Shown: piece after piece, positions 1 through 14,366 of the stretch
Layout of the letters: the number at the start of each line of letters is the position of its first letter
Position numbering within the stretch: the first letter of the stretch is position 1
Source of the DNA: Novakomyces olei
Lineage: Eukaryota
Assembly: GCA_016906335.1 (NCBI GenBank)
Contig: JADEYG010000002.1
Span: forward strand, 1,364,001 to 1,428,000
DNA: 64,000 bases
Direction of reading: 5' to 3'
Translations under genes and position numbers: made by a program
The notes under the pieces: generated by a model
Told to the model about the DNA's origin: nothing
Database searches by the model: none
Seen by the model: the letters and a program-made list of their open reading frames with translations, nothing else

Positions 1-56
1 CTTGTTTCCTGATCTTACACTCCTTTTATTAACCTCCGCGTCTATTCATGCTTGAC

Positions 57-2453
57 CTACCCCGTCCAACCGAGAGCTTCCAAATCACGTTGCACGATGG
101 ATTCCGTGTCTATTTTCTGTAATTGAGTCGCCTCCAATTTTTCTCCACTTGCATGGCGTGATTTTAGCTCTTCAATAGCCCGCAGCTTCTTTACCAACGA
201 CCGGATTTTCTTGTCAACTTCGCTCACTGGAGCAGACGCTGAAGCATTAGGAGGAGATCCAGATGAAGTGGCAGTTTGTGGCCGTCCTAGAGCGCCGTTT
301 GAAGCCGTCGAAGGACCCGCTTCCTTGCGAGCTTCGCGTTTCTTTTTATTCCGTAACGCAGTCTTGCTCAATGTCGCGTCGGATGAATCAGTGCTGCTAT
401 TAGCACCGTTATTATTATTATTGAGATTATTATTATTATTATTATTGAGATTATTGCCGTTGTCGATATTAGCGCCGGGTACGGTTCGTCGACCGACTCC
501 TGGGGCAACATAAACCCTAGATTCTCCGCTACTACCCTCCAATCGAAGAGCCTCCATTGAAGGCAGAGGCCGACTGGCAACGCCTCTCAGCCCCGGAGGC
601 CTGTAAGCTCCGACTGCTTGCCGAGGAGCCTTTGGTACAAAAGCAGCAGCTGAAGCGTGAGCGGCGGGAGCGATTATGGCAGCAGTTGAGGGCGGCAGAG
701 CAGCAAATTTCTTGCCCGGTTCTGGTCTCCAAAAGACCTGGTAAAGCTCACTCAATTCATGCAAATAAATCAGTTTTCCCGTCACGTGCCAGATCTTTAT
801 TCCATTGTCAACTCGCAGCCGTGGACTCGTAGTGGCAGTCATAAAATATTGGCCGTCGGGACTCCATTCACAGACGGTCGTGTTGTTTGCCTCTAGAGTA
901 GCAATAACCTTCATTCCCTGCCGTTCCATAACGTCTATGGTACCCGACAAATTGCCAAAGCCGGCGCAAAGAACAAAGCGGCCATTGTTCCCAGGGGAAA
1001 AAGAGACAAAATTACGGGCTTGCGGGGGTAAAGAGTGCAGAGCATTTCCACGCTGATCGAATATTGTGCACTTGGCCGGCATATAGCCATAAACAACACC
1101 AAACTCTCGAGACTCTGGGGACCAGGTGACATCGTGGATGGGCCCTTCTCGATCCAGAGTGATGCGCGAGTCGAAATTGCTGGCCACGTTGAGGAGATAA
1201 AGGTTGGTTTCCCCATAGTATGACTTGTTACTCTGATCCACATCTGTCTGTGTGAGGACGAGCAGGGCGGTGCCCAACGCGTTCCATTTTAATTGAATCT
1301 TGTCCGCCCGGAAAAACGTTTTCTGTGCCAGCGGCGCTCCAAAAGTGGGGATTCTAAAGATACGCACTACCGCCGGAGCAGATTTTTTTTCGGGAACAAA
1401 CACGACTACAGAGTGCGAGAGTCCGGGCGACAGGGAAAACTGGGAAGCGCCTTCCACACGCAGCCGATGCTGAGGGCCGTTTTGCAGGTTCCGTGGATCC
1501 AGAAATTGTACCTCGTTAGTGACGAGTCGGGCACAGAGGCGCTCGTCCGGTGTGAATTGGAGATTCCAGCCCGTCTGGCTGCGTTGGACAAAGGAGCCCA
1601 GCAATTGGCCTTCAACAGTGGAAAAGACCTTGAGATTATCCGCCGCCTGTCCGTTCTCCAGCTTACTCGGCCGCTCCCACGTGACAATGTAGGATCCAAG
1701 ATGCGAAAAGTCGAGCTCCAAGACATTGGGAACGTTTATTTCCAGCAGACATGTCCCGTCCTCGGTAGAGCATACTTTTACACTAGAAATTAGAAGAGCA
1801 TAAAGGGGTTAAACCTAAAAGAAAACCTAATACACGGACTAAATTAAAAATACAATAATTTAATTGGAATAAAGTAGTGCCTCTACTCAGGCGGACAGAG
1901 ACAGATAGAATGGGGCATGATTCATGCTGATAAACACGACGTACAGTGGCAATTGAAATAGACGAAATAAAACTGTGAAAAACCAATGAAAAAGCAACTA
2001 GAGCAACCCAATCCGACAAACATAAATGTAAGCCATTATATATGGCTTACACTAGTGCAAAAAAGCTGCCAAGTCTGGCTTTATAACCCAAAAAAAAAAA
2101 AAAAATTAAAAGCAGTAAAATGCGTGTAATGTACCTGGAAGCAGTAGCGTAGCCAAAAAGACGTCCATCCGCGCTATATGCACAATTACGAACCTGTTCG
2201 GAGGGTCTGACGTTAGTAATGCCGTTCAAAGTAATAGGTCATACATTTGGAACCCGGAAACAGGCTCATAATCTGGAGCCGCGTCCACCAGACCGACTTG
2301 TTTAGTCGACCGGTCTTTGAAGAGATTAGCGTCAGACTACAGACAAAGCACGGCACAGAATTGGGGGAGGAAGTAAGGTCTGAGCCGTGCGTGTATAGCA
2401 CTTTGCCCGGCTCAAAGGCTTTGATACTTACATGCGAATTGTGTGATCGGCAT
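57..2453 (-). CDS. EIF2A: Translation initiation factor eIF2A (WD40 beta-propeller), 4 exons
   Basis: The ORF 57..1721 has LDREGPIHDVTWSP, FGVVYGYMPA, AGFGNL, TATTSPRLRVDNG and a C-terminal KKIRSLVKKLRAIEELK...LEATQ. Upstream exons spliced by eye give MPITQFAY-RSTKQVGLVDAAPDYEP...VRNCAYSADGRLFGYA, with ATG at 2453 and the last intron at about 2134..1783. Confidence 0.93.
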
Positions 2454-3190
2454 TGAGCCTTGTTTGGAGACTGTCTTTTTTTGTACAATTAAAATTTATT
2501 GACGCATTGTATTAAACCGTATCAAACAAAGAAACGATATAAATAAGGCTGTAAATCACACGGTGGAATCGCTATATATTTTCGTGTGATGTGCAAATTT
2601 ATGTGTATGTTTGTATATATTTATTGCTATGGTGACCATTATTCTTATTAAACTATGGCTATATTGATATTGATAATTATATTTATGCAAATGTTTTAGC
2701 TCTGTCAGGAACAGGGTTTTCCTAATATAACCCTAAATGTGATCAAGAGCCTAATTGCACACAACATTATTTTTGGATATTGTTACTTTGTATATTAGTT
2801 TAATATTTTAGTTTGGTGTATAAATAATTCGAGCATCCATCCATCTGTCACCCGTGCGTACGATACTGTGCTATGTACAAGCGTTTTATGCGCAATTATG
2901 CGCAATTATGCGCTATTAAAGCGGCACTAGTTCTTTGCCGATTCAAAAGCGATCCACTGCAAAATCTTGTAAAGATTGTGTAAAGATTGACGGCCGCTGT
3001 ATCGAAAGAACAATCAGGTTAATAGATAAATAATGTACGGGTACGAATATTATATCGCCTTTCTACACTGCTGTACACAATGAGAAACAATGGAAATACG
3101 CGTCAAGACCATATAGAGAGCAGGCAAAGTGCGCACGTAAATATATACAGCTCTAATCTGGTCCGAGAATTCTTCCCCAACGAAATCAGC

Positions 3191-5985
3191 TCAACTAGTT
3201 GTAAGCAGCCGACCAATCGCTGCCACATTAGCCCTGCTCTCCTCCAAACTCTGCTGCAGCCGCCTGGCTCTGTCGAATTCAGCTTGCTCGCGTAGCCGCC
3301 GTCTCCGTTCAAGCATCTTTGGTCTTGCGGCCAAGTAATCAAGGCTCACTCCGTCCGCATCGCCGTCCGTAAAGGGCTCGACCACATCAAGAGGCGGAAC
3401 AGGGAACCACAGGACCCGACCCAGCTCGTCACGTTTAAGCAACTGTGCAGTTTCAGCAGGAACCGTGTTGGCCGTACTATTACCGTCAGTCGAACCAGAC
3501 GACGTTGCTGGCTGTGGCAGAGAATAAGCAGTGGCAGTTGCTGAATAATAATGATGGCCCATAAGGTACTCCTTCGCACTTTGCTGCTGTGGCTGCTGAA
3601 CAAACTGTAGACTGTGGCTGCTTCTTTGCTGCTCAGGCTGCCTTTTAAACATAAACGGTGACGAGGGCCGAGACTGGTTGTTGATAAAGCTGCCTGCCGT
3701 TGATTGAGCCATAAAGGCGGGCGAAGAAGAAGAAGCTGCTGCGGCTGCTGCGGGAGATGCATAGTTTCCAGGAGCATACCGGGCAGCAGAAAATGTGCCA
3801 TTAATAGCTCCAGACCCCAAGGCGGGTACTGCCGGTGTAGTGCCCCTTGTTTGAGGAGAAGAGGCAGCTGAAGAAGACGAGGCCATTGACGCGTAAAATC
3901 CTGCTTCTGCTTGAGCATTTACACGTGCAATATTAGGAACAGGAGCCGGAATAATAGCGCCTTGAATAGGCGGAGCATTTTCCTTTCCCATTACTGGCTC
4001 TGGAGTAGAAGTATTTAGATAGTCTTCCTTAAAATCTTTTGGCAGCAAATGCACCAGGGGACTCAGCTGCCGTTTAGGGTACTGGACTTTGTCGAAATAG
4101 AACATTTCATAGTCCGCATCGCGTACTTCCTCCGGCAGACAAAGCTTCCACGATTTGATACGATTGAAAAGCCGTGTGTCCTCATTATACCGCCACTCGC
4201 ATACGTAGACACGCATATTGCTCGCATCACGAGGCCGTCCGCGACAATAGCGTGAGATGTACATTATAAAGCATTTGTCGATGATGTCACTGACCGGATG
4301 ATCACGATACATTTCGGTCTTCAACACTTCGTCCTCCATAAAAGTCCTGTCTGCACGGTGCACAGTCTGCTCGGGCCAGAAAAAGTAGTTTGCACGCACA
4401 AACGGCGTACCGGAAACGTCTACCCAAGTCCTGAAAATCTGCGACGGAATCGGCTTGCAGCCTTCGTTCGGATTCCTTATGTGAACAAAGTCCCCAGTAC
4501 GGAAAGTGACGCCCTCGTATTCCACTTGAGCTGTTTGGTTTCGGCCATTGCGTACACCGGATCGAGCACCGCTTACGTCCCTGTCGCCTTCAGCGAGAAG
4601 GAATTCCGAATCTGGTTTGGCACTTATTTGTATGACAAAATCATCGATGGCCGACTTGATATTAGAAGATTGTAAAACACAGAGCTGAGTAGTGAAAAAG
4701 AGAAAGTAATAAGAATAAAGTGATTAAATCAAAAAAGAATTCAAATACAATAAACCCTAATTTCAGATCTACGTTAAACAATCAAGCTGATCAAGCATAA
4801 ATAATGAATCGAAATACCTCTAAAAATTCTGCGTCCTTGCTAATCTGATTTCCCGGTCCAAAATAATGACGAGCGTTGGCAAATATGAGGTGAAGATCGT
4901 TCGTAAACTGATGAAGCTGTTTGTACTGCCTATACTTTAGAGCAATACGGATCTGTTCAAGCGACAATGGTGTCGAGACAATGGTATAGTAATCGGCAAA
5001 GTATTTGGGATCAGGCAGCTTCTCAAAGGGCCCTACCAGTAACCTTCCACGCTGGTCGCGGTACCGCCGCATTTCCCGCATGATTGCTTTAATACGCAGC
5101 TCTGTGGGTGTCTCCACTTTGCGGGGCCTTCCGCGTTTGCGGCGGCCATTGTCTTCCACTGAATTTTGGGTTAAATCTGGAGTAGATGAAGCCCGGCCAC
5201 CAGATTTCGAAGCAAGCTGTCGACCGGCACCAGAGGACTGATTGTGCCGGTGTTCCTCGTCGTCATCATCATCGTCCTCCTCTTCGTCTCCATCCTCGTC
5301 TTCGTCCATTTCATCATCTTCTTCGTCAACTTCATCAGCCAAAGGCGCAATTTCCGGGCTCGCAGGAGGCAATGGTCCGAGGTCGGGAAGTCTTGCGCCG
5401 GTTATAAAGCCACGCAATTTTAGCTGACCCATTTCTCGCAGTAAAATCTGCTCGAGCGCAACTGCATCAGAATAGACCCGGCTCGACCTAGAATTATAGA
5501 ATTTCGCATTGTAAAATATCTGTGCCATATCCGTAACAAAGTCTTGGACGTCTGCGTACCGACGGTACCGCACGTTTTTGCGTACCATGTCCAACGCCAT
5601 CGGCCGCTTAATAGTCTCGTAATAGTCAGGGTATTCTACTTTACTCGGCAACTCTTCAAACATTTCCGAGAGCGATCGGCCTCTGGTTTGCTTAGACGAT
5701 GAACAAGGCAATGAGATCTGTTCAATATAGGGAAAAAAAGTAAAAGAAAAGTATTTGTGAGTGAAATAGCATGCTGGTAAACAATTCCGTCTGAGCCACG
5801 GGTGGGGTATGGAAACTCCTGGTAGCGGATATAAATGTACCTTTCTCGTGCGTTCAGTATCTTGCTAAACACTTCTTGCATCGCTTCTATGGTCTCGCGA
5901 CTCAAGCCCGTTCTATTGAATTAGCATTGACGGTATTTAAACTAATTCAGACTTACGCGAATCGACGGGTTCGTGGAGCAGACAT
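3191..5985 (-). CDS. RSC1: RSC chromatin-remodelling subunit Rsc1/Rsc2 (two bromodomains, AT-hook, BAH)
   Basis: Bromodomains (YPDYYETIKRPMAL...NAKFYN; FADYYTIVSTPLSL...NARHY), AT-hook RKRGRPRK, BAH domain (GDFVHIRNPN...PEQTVHRADRTF...YVCEWRYN) and C-terminal LWFPVPPLD. GT-AG introns join the ORFs; ATG at 5985. Confidence 0.9.
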
Positions 5986-6690
5986 GGCGCAATGGCTCAG
6001 CGCGTAAAGACGCGACAAGGGCGAACAACTTTGAAAGATTCGGGGTAGAAATGTGCGAGTACGCTTTAGTATATTCAGTATAGTATTTGTATTTATTTGT
6101 ACGGTATTAGTATTTATTTATACAGATTTGTACGGTATTAGTATTTATTTGCACAGTATTTGTACAGTATTTTAAAAAGTGTTTTGCAAAGATCTAATAT
6201 CAATAAAAGAATTGGATGAACTACTACGAATTTCAATCCATACAAAAAATAGTGTGAATTAGAAAGAAAAGGAGTATATTGCATTGTGCTATAAATGGCG
6301 AGAAATACAAAAAAAGGATTAGAATGATCGACTATAGAGAATAAAAGAGATTAAAGAACAGTGTGGCAGCTGACATATTTTCACTATATCTAAAAAATAT
6401 CGGCAAAAGACGTATTTCCAACGTTTAAGTTATAATATAATACAAGATTTAATTAGCGTAATTACCGTCTCGTGCCAAGAACTCGGGAAGCAGACGGGAA
6501 ACAACACATCGCAGCGTCAAAATCTGGTTTAGATTTGAGCTGTGACTCTGTGCTTTGATCCGTACCTGAGCACTACGGAATTACTTTACAGCAGACCAAG
6601 CTGGCACGTTTTATTGGGGAATTTTGTGTCCGTTTTAGCGTTTTTCTTGTCCAATCCTTGGCATAAACCATTTGCCATAAAGCCTAATAA

Positions 6691-9383
6691 ATGGCCTCTA
6701 TGGATGGGAAACCTTTAGCGTGCGAATGGAAAAATTGTCAATTTACCTCTAAAAGTGTAGAGGTGCTCTTTGTAAGTATTTTTGTTTTATCATCTCGAAT
6801 TTCGCTATTTACATTTTTGTTTCTCCACGTTTTGTTTGGCCGCCTTTTATCCTGTCCTGATCGCTTTGCTGGCGTCTTGATTTTGTCAGGTTTAGAGCAT
6901 CAATGGAGTCTTTCTTTTTTTCCCTGATTTATAATGTCATTAGTGTTTCTCCCTCTCCCTCTATCTGATCCCTGTTCCTTTCTCTTTTCCTTTCCCTTTT
7001 TTTTATTGCGGTGACTAATACGCAGGCACACCTTTGTGAAGATCATATCGGCCGCAAGAGCAAAAACAATCTGTGCCTCACCTGCGGCTGGGCCGGTTGC
7101 ACGGTTTCCAGTGCTAAGCGCGACCATATTACAAGCCATGTTCGTGTCCATATTCCGTTTAAGCCGCACGTCTGTGATCTGTGTGGCAAGAACTTCAAGC
7201 GTCCACAGGATCTGAGAAAGCATACAAAGACCCACAATCCTGACTCGGAGTCGACTGCCGGGGAGAGCAATAAATCGTCGTCTCCAGATCGGCTCTCGCA
7301 CTTGAGCCAGGCGACACCGCCCGACAACTGCCGGAGGAGTATCTCCTCTTCCTCTAATCCAGTCATAGAGCCTGGCAGCGTTTCGCCTGGAAAACATGCA
7401 AATGACTACGGATACAAGTCTCGGGCGGCAACAGTAAAGTCTGCTGCAACCAGGGCAGCAGCGTGGGCCACACCTTCTCCTGCATATGACGAAACAACGG
7501 CCGCTCGCTTCCATTTACTGCCAAAACCTCAACAGCACTTATCTCCGCCCGAGCATAATATGGGCAATGGCAGCATGGCACATATAGCCACGGGTCTGCA
7601 GTCGCCCTTGAGCTCTACCACATTCTCCGATACTGTTGCCAGGGAGGAAGCAAAATTACAGGAAGATGCAAGACTGCAGGAAGGAGAACTACGAAACAAA
7701 TACCAGCAAGGGCCACTGTGCCGGCACGTTCATCAATCATTGACTCCGCCAATTGACGATAGTGGGCACACACATTCGCCTCTGCTCTCCGCTGCACAGG
7801 TTGGGATGAGTGGAACAGAGGAGTCTTGGGGAAAAGGCCATATAGCCGACAATTATGGAGGGATAGGTATCGGCACAGGCGGATACTCTATTGCCGATGG
7901 CGTGGACACACCAGTTCTGCCTGCAAATGCTAATTTAAGCGCTATTTCTCCCGCATCAAACAAACGATCAGCCGACGAAATGACACGTAATTTCTTTATG
8001 GATATTAAACGGAGCCGAATTGAGCCTAAACTGAACCCGGAAATGGTCTCGCGACTTGTCGAAATTCACGATACTTGCTACCCGAATGACCAGAGGTTCC
8101 CGCCCAATGCTAATCTTGAGGATAGCAGAGGGAACAGTATAGCGGGTGTCGGCTACTCTCCGGGTCAGCTGGCGAGCAATACGAATCGCTCTTCTGCTAT
8201 ACTTGCTCAGAGCTATCACAGTCACGGACGAGCGGTAGAAGCGGGTCGTGAGGCGGCAGACTCTTTTGCCCATTTCTACGGAGAGACGGAGCCACTGTTC
8301 CCTTCGTCGGGCAATAAGGATGGCAGTGTAGACATGGCCGAGTACGATGCTGCTGCTGCTGATTTCTTACTGAGAGATGGAGCTCTGTGGTCACAGGAAA
8401 CTCTGGTTGGGGCAGACGAGTTTTTGAATCAATTAAACGCAGCAATGGACGAAAACATCTACTGCTCTAGTGCAGTTTATGGGCAGTCTGCTACTCCTCT
8501 GGCCTTTGCCCCTCAGCAGTCGGCTACTGGTAATGAGTCTATCGCTGAAACTTTTCAGCCTTCGCCTCTCAATTTACAGAGCACGTCTGCCGTGTTGTTT
8601 GCGGGTACACCTCCTGAATCTACTGCGGCAAGCTACAATATATATCCTCAAGTTTCCTCAGAGCCTGGGCTTGTCAATGGGCTATACTACAATAAGATCA
8701 ATCATTATAATATGGATAATAAGACCAATGACTATCATGGCGGCCTGAATAATTCGTATTTTTATCATGATTCTGGGAACGAATTAATGCCACATATTGC
8801 TCAGCCAGAAGCAAAAGATGCGCTGCTGTCTATCCACGCAGGAGGGTTACGTGAACCCGCCAGCCGGCCTAGTATTGGACGCAAAATTGAGAATGAAAAT
8901 AATGAAAACATCAAGAGTGGCGACAAAGAGAATGATTATAATAATAGCAAAAATTGCGACAATAAAAACAGCAATAAGGCTTTACGGACACGTGCTTCAA
9001 GCAAAGACGAATATGCCTCGGCGGAAGATTACTTGAAGGCTCGTGCGACGCTGTTGAGACTTCGTGCCACTGTTAAACGGTGGTTGGTTAGGCAGCAAGA
9101 ATCACGGACAGTCATGAACGGGGACGGTGACAAGAGCAAACAGGGCGGTAATTCAGTCGGCCACGAGTGCTCTTCGTCTTTAGCTATCGCGCTTCCAGAC
9201 GCTAAAGAGCAAGAGCTCTTGCTGCAATTTGGGCAGGCAATGCGAATGGGCCACGGCCATTCGTTGACTTCGGACTCGAAAGCAGATTTTTCTAATATTG
9301 ATGTTCCTGAGCATACTGCAAAGTCTACTTGCTCATTCAATGTTGCCACAGAATCTTCACTCTACCCGAATTTGTCAGTTTAA
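6691..9383 (+). CDS. pacC: pH-response C2H2 transcription factor PacC/Rim101
   Basis: Three zinc fingers with the diagnostic sequence [17 protein letters not shown]....[40 protein letters not shown]. Intron 6772..7025 (GTAAGT...GACTAAT..CAG). C-terminal YPNL motif. Confidence 0.93.
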
Positions 9384-9893
9384 TTCTCTTTATCTAAAGA
9401 GAAAAAGGATAAATAAATCAAAGATTAGAACAACAAATGTCTAGTTCATGTTCATTTATTATCAGTTTGATTTACAAGCACTGCTATTAATACTGTTTCT
9501 ATGGTTGTTTTTCGTGTTTGCACTCGAGTCTGTTGTTTGACTACTTGCTCTGTTCCATTAGGTCGCTATCATTGGAGTTTGATTGTCTTGGGTTTTCGTG
9601 GCAGCTGTTTTGTTTTTCGCTGAGGTATTCTGTTTAGTAATTCATCGGGCAGAGTTGTGTTTCACGCAAGCGTGTTCCGCATAGGCTCTGCTTCGCTTTT
9701 CATATTTACATTCCTTTTAAAGAGATTTATCAAAATTCAAATTGGTATTAATCAAATACTTGAATGTAGACTGCTCAATGTACATATAATAATATTACTC
9801 GATAAAGATATCAAGTAGGGTTAGGGTTAATGTTAGGAAAAGTTCTGAAATTAATTAATTATTCATTTTTGCAAATTGTTCTGTTTCTTTGCG

Positions 9894-12083
9894 ATGGCCA
9901 AACGTGACATCAAAAGAAGGAGATTACATGAAAGCCATGACACGGCAAAAACGCCTTCAAGGCTTCACAAAATCACTGAACCGTCTGATCCAGATGACGA
10001 AGCCATAGACTACTATGCTAAGAAATTAGGACTTACAAACGGCCTTAAATCTTCAGTTCTTAATGACATCAATGGTAATACGAACTTTTGTTCTTTTGCT
10101 GAACCGAGCAGATTTATTTGGATTTGATGCAGATGGTACAGAGCTTGCTTCTGATGGGAACCCTATTGTACCAACAGAAGAAGAAGACGGTGAAGAAGAA
10201 GAGACAGGGGAGGAAGATTCGGTCTCTGGCCCGGAAGACGTGGAGAAAAAGGTAGTAAAAGATCCTTTAAAACCATCTATCGATCCGTACAAGCCAGCAG
10301 TTGATCCTGAAAAATCAGTGGCAAAGTATGTCCCGCCAAAACTTCGAGCGGGTGGAGTGTCAGAGTCAGATAAGAACACGATAGCAGCAAAGCGTGCAAT
10401 TCGAGGTCTTGTGAACAGGTAAATTAAATCATTAAACAAAAGCAGTTGCTAATAAGCAATAGGCTTTCTCAAGCGAATATTGCTAGTATTGTGAATGAAT
10501 TGGAATCCCTCTATCGCACGTACCCGCGGCATTTGGTGACATCTATATTTACAGACACCGTAATTGAGCAAATAACTTCCAGAGCCTCGCTACTGGAAAG
10601 TTTCGTCGTGATTCAGGCGGCTGCGGTTGCCAGCGTGTATCGGATAGTGGGAGTCGATTTTGGTGCTCATTTTGTGCAAACATTGGTGGAAAAGTTTAAT
10701 GCATACTGCGAACAAGCGAGAGCAGAAAAGGATAATCGTCTGCCTCACAAGGAGGGACCTAATCTAATCGTTTTGGTAACAGAACTTTACAATTTTCGAG
10801 TGGTTTCATGCCATTTGTTATACGATTTAATACGAGCTTTTTTGGCCAATGTTGATGAGCTGAATACGGAGTTACTTTTGCGTGTCATCAAAAGTGAGTA
10901 TTTCTTATTTATTTATTCTTCTGACCGGATTTGAACAGATTGCGGCCCCCAACTTCGGTCTGACGACCCATCGGCTTTGAAGGATATTGTGCTAGATTTG
11001 CAAAAATCTATTGCCCGGCTAGAGGCTGATCAAATTACACCACGGACACGTTTTATGGTTGAGACAATACAAAATTTGAAGAACAACAAGAGCCGTCCCA
11101 ATTCAGCACAAGTTTCAACACAAGCCCTGGTGACTCAAATGAAAAGGTATCTGGGCGGACTCCAGGAGAAGAGAGTTCTTCGGGCCACTGAGCCTCTTCG
11201 CGTGCGTCTGCAAGATATTCTGGCGATTGACGAGCGGGGCAAATGGTGGCTTGTTGGTGCTTCTTGGAAAAACAGTACGGATTCCACTGAATCCTTGGAC
11301 GCAGCACGAAATGAAGCAATCACATCTAACCAGCCAGAGTCGGATGACCAAGTAACGCAACTGATGGCCTTGGCTAGAAAGCTGCGTATAAATACGGATA
11401 TACGACGGGCAATTTTTGTCAGTATAATGTCGAGCGGCGAGTATATGGAGGCCTATGAAAAGTTGAACCGTCTGCGTCTGAAAAAAGCGCAGGAACTAGA
11501 GATTCCACGTGTTTTGCTGCAATGTTTACAGGCAGAAAAGGCGTATAATGCGTACTACGCCATGCTAGCACAACGCATCTGCCTGCACAGCCATAAATTG
11601 AAAAAGGCTTTCCAGTTTTGTTTATGGGACTTCTTCAAGCATTTAGGTGAGCAATTTGACGGAGACGCAGAGGTCGATGAAGTAAATAACAATGCAAAAG
11701 TTTCAGCAAGAAGAATTGCAAACATGGCATTTTTCTATGCAAAGCTGGTAGCTGAATCGGCCCAGCCCATCACAATCCTCAAGGTCCTGGCCTTGGCACG
11801 AGCCCGAAAGGACACGGCTCTTTTTGTTGAGCTTTTGCTAACGCGAGTCCTGCAAATAATCCAATCGCAGCAACCAGAGACAGCAGTGGGAGAGAGGTCT
11901 GTTATTGCTATATTCTCCAGAGCGCTAGAGGTATCGGCCGACTTTGCCATTGATCTCGATATTTTCTTCAAGAAGCATGTGGTCAGTTCGCCTTTACTCA
12001 CTATAGACATTGATGACGAGGCGCGCCGTCAGCAATTGTATCGTCTCGCAAAAGTAGCGCGTACATGTTTGCGCCAGAAATAG
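9894..12083 (+). CDS. SGD1: Nucleolar MIF4G/MA3 protein Sgd1/NOM1
   Basis: KYVPPKLR, GLVNRLSQANI, ELYNFRVVSCHLLYDLI, RTRFMVETI, GKWWLVGASW, RINTDIRRAIFVSIMS and FQFCLWDF; three short introns. Confidence 0.9.
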
Positions 12084-12447
12084 GCTGCTACTGGTCGAGA
12101 AAATAGCCTCATAGATTATGTTCTGTAAAAAAGTAAAAATCATTGTTTACAATTGTTGCTCAAGTTTTCTATCGTAATGTTTGCGTGCTTGTTTGGTTCT
12201 GCTTATGCTATCCTAAGGACGGCCGTCAGAATAAATAAGATAATCATTTGATAATAACTATAATAATCGCGTTATTGACTGTTAAAATATCATTACACTA
12301 TTGAATTTTTTTCTGCAAATATACAATACGCACACATACATTAATACACATAATCCTAATTTCCAGTAATGCGCCGAGACTTTTGGTAAAATCGGCACAT
12401 CAAAATTAGATTACTTGTGATTGTCAAAACTGGTTTATCGTAACCTC

Positions 12448-12494
12448 AATAAAAAATAAAAAAAATAAAAAAATAAAAAAATAAAAAAATAAAT
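12448..12494. repeat. (AAAAAATAA)n tandem repeat upstream of SHM2
   Basis: Visible 9-bp period, about 5 copies. Confidence 0.85.
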
Positions 12495-12660
12495 TCTTAA
12501 TCACAAGATTTGATAAACCCGACTATAACTTGCAGAACGAAAAAAGAACAATAAAAAGTCAATAGTAAAAACACAAAACTAATAAAAATTTGAAACTTTT
12601 ATCCAGCAGCTGTCACAATTTTTCCCAGTCGCAAGTGATTCAGACAAAACCAAAGCCATC

Positions 12661-14366
12661 ATGTCGTCAGAGCAGGGAGTAATGTTTACGCGGCTCAAGG
12701 AGCAGGACCCGACGGTCGCTGAAATTATGGCGAATGAAACAAAACGCCAATTGTCATCTGTCAATTTGATCGCATCAGAGAATTTTACTTCTCGTGCAGT
12801 CATGGATGCATTGGGTTCAGTCATGTCAAACAAGTATGCCCTCAACACATATTTTGTCGAGTATTTCAAATCATCTTTACTCGAAATATTTCCGTGTGCT
12901 TTCCGGATTTATTATCCTGTCGACCATGTTTTTTTTTTTTGTTTTTTTTTTTTTAAATTATTTAATTTTCTCCTTTTATTAATTTTGAACAGGTACTCTG
13001 AGGGTTACCCTGGAGCGCGCTACTATGGTGGCAACAAGTACATTGACGAAATCGAGACTCTTTGCCAGCAACGTGCCCTGGAGGCATTCGGCTTGGACTC
13101 CGCTAAATGGGGCGTGAACGTTCAGCCTCTGTCTGGCTCGCCAGCTAACCTGCAAGTTTACCAGGCAATAATGCGGCCCCACGAACGTCTAATGGGCTTG
13201 GATCTTCCCCACGGTGGACATTTGTCCCACGGGTATCAGACGGACACGAAAAAGATCTCTGCAGTTTCTACTTACTTTGAAACAATGCCGTACCGTGTGG
13301 ACCCGGCCACTGGTATCATTGACTATGACATGCTGGAAAAGACTGCACAACTTTTCCGCCCCAAGGTACTGGTTGCAGGCACTTCTGCCTATTGCCGCCT
13401 TATCGACTACAAACGCATGAGGGAGATTGCGGACTCTGTTAATGCTTACCTCATGGTTGATATGGCTCATATTTCCGGCCTAATTGCTGCCGGTGTAATT
13501 CCTTCGCCGTTTGAGTATGCGGATATTGTTACAACCACGACCCACAAGTCTCTGCGTGGGCCCCGTGGAGCTATGATCTTTTACCGACGTGGACTGCGTA
13601 GTCAAGGACCCAAGGGACCTGTTTATTATGACTTGGAGAACGCTATTAACTTTAGCGTTTTCCCTGGCCACCAGGGTGGCCCGCATAATCATACAATCAC
13701 TGCATTGGCTGTTGCCTTGAAGCAGACTACTACGCCAGAGTACAAGGAGTACCAGGCCCAGGTGCTCAAGAACGCCAAAGCTGCGGAGAACGCGTTCCGT
13801 AAACTCGGTTACCAGTTGGTTTCCGATGGTACTGATTCGCACATGTAAGTGGACTTATATTAAATATTTGCTTGGCGTTCGGTTGTGTTTGTTTTTTATT
13901 CACATTTGCGAATACTTAATTTACTATTCTCTTTGCGGCTCCCTTTTGTACTTTTTTCATATCAACTAATCGAAATTTGAAACTAATTGCTAGGGTTCTT
14001 GTAAACGTAAAGTCCAAGGGACTGGACGGTGCCCGGGCTGAACGTATGTTGGAGCTTATCAATATTGCTTGCAATAAAAACACGATCCCAACAGACAAAT
14101 CTGCTCTCTCGCCCTCGGGTTTGCGTATCGGTGCACCGGCAATGACTACTCGCGGCATGAAAGAGGCTGACTTTGAGCGCATTGTTTCGTACATTGATCG
14201 TGCGTTGACATTTGGACTTGATTTGCAAAAGAGCCTGCCCCGTGAAGCCAACAAGCTCAAGGACTGGAAAGCGGCTGTCGGCGAAGGTGAAGGTATCGAG
14301 GGATTGGATACACTCCGGGATGAAGTTGCTGCATGGGCCAGCTCTTATCCTCTGGCTCAGTCGTAA
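12661..14366 (+). CDS. SHM2: Cytosolic serine hydroxymethyltransferase
   Basis: [58 protein letters not shown] (PLP lysine) and GGPHNH. Introns 12834..12992 and about 13845..13993; no mitochondrial presequence. Confidence 0.96.

Noticed and set aside
12834-12992. Apparent 53-aa hydrophobic insertion in SHMT
   Set aside because: It is a stop-free in-frame intron (GTATGC...AACAG) splitting the conserved NKYSEG motif.
12661-14366. Possible CUG codon reassignment
   Set aside because: In a spot check, CTG falls at a conserved Leu position (SHMT RALE), consistent with the standard code; not tested systematically.
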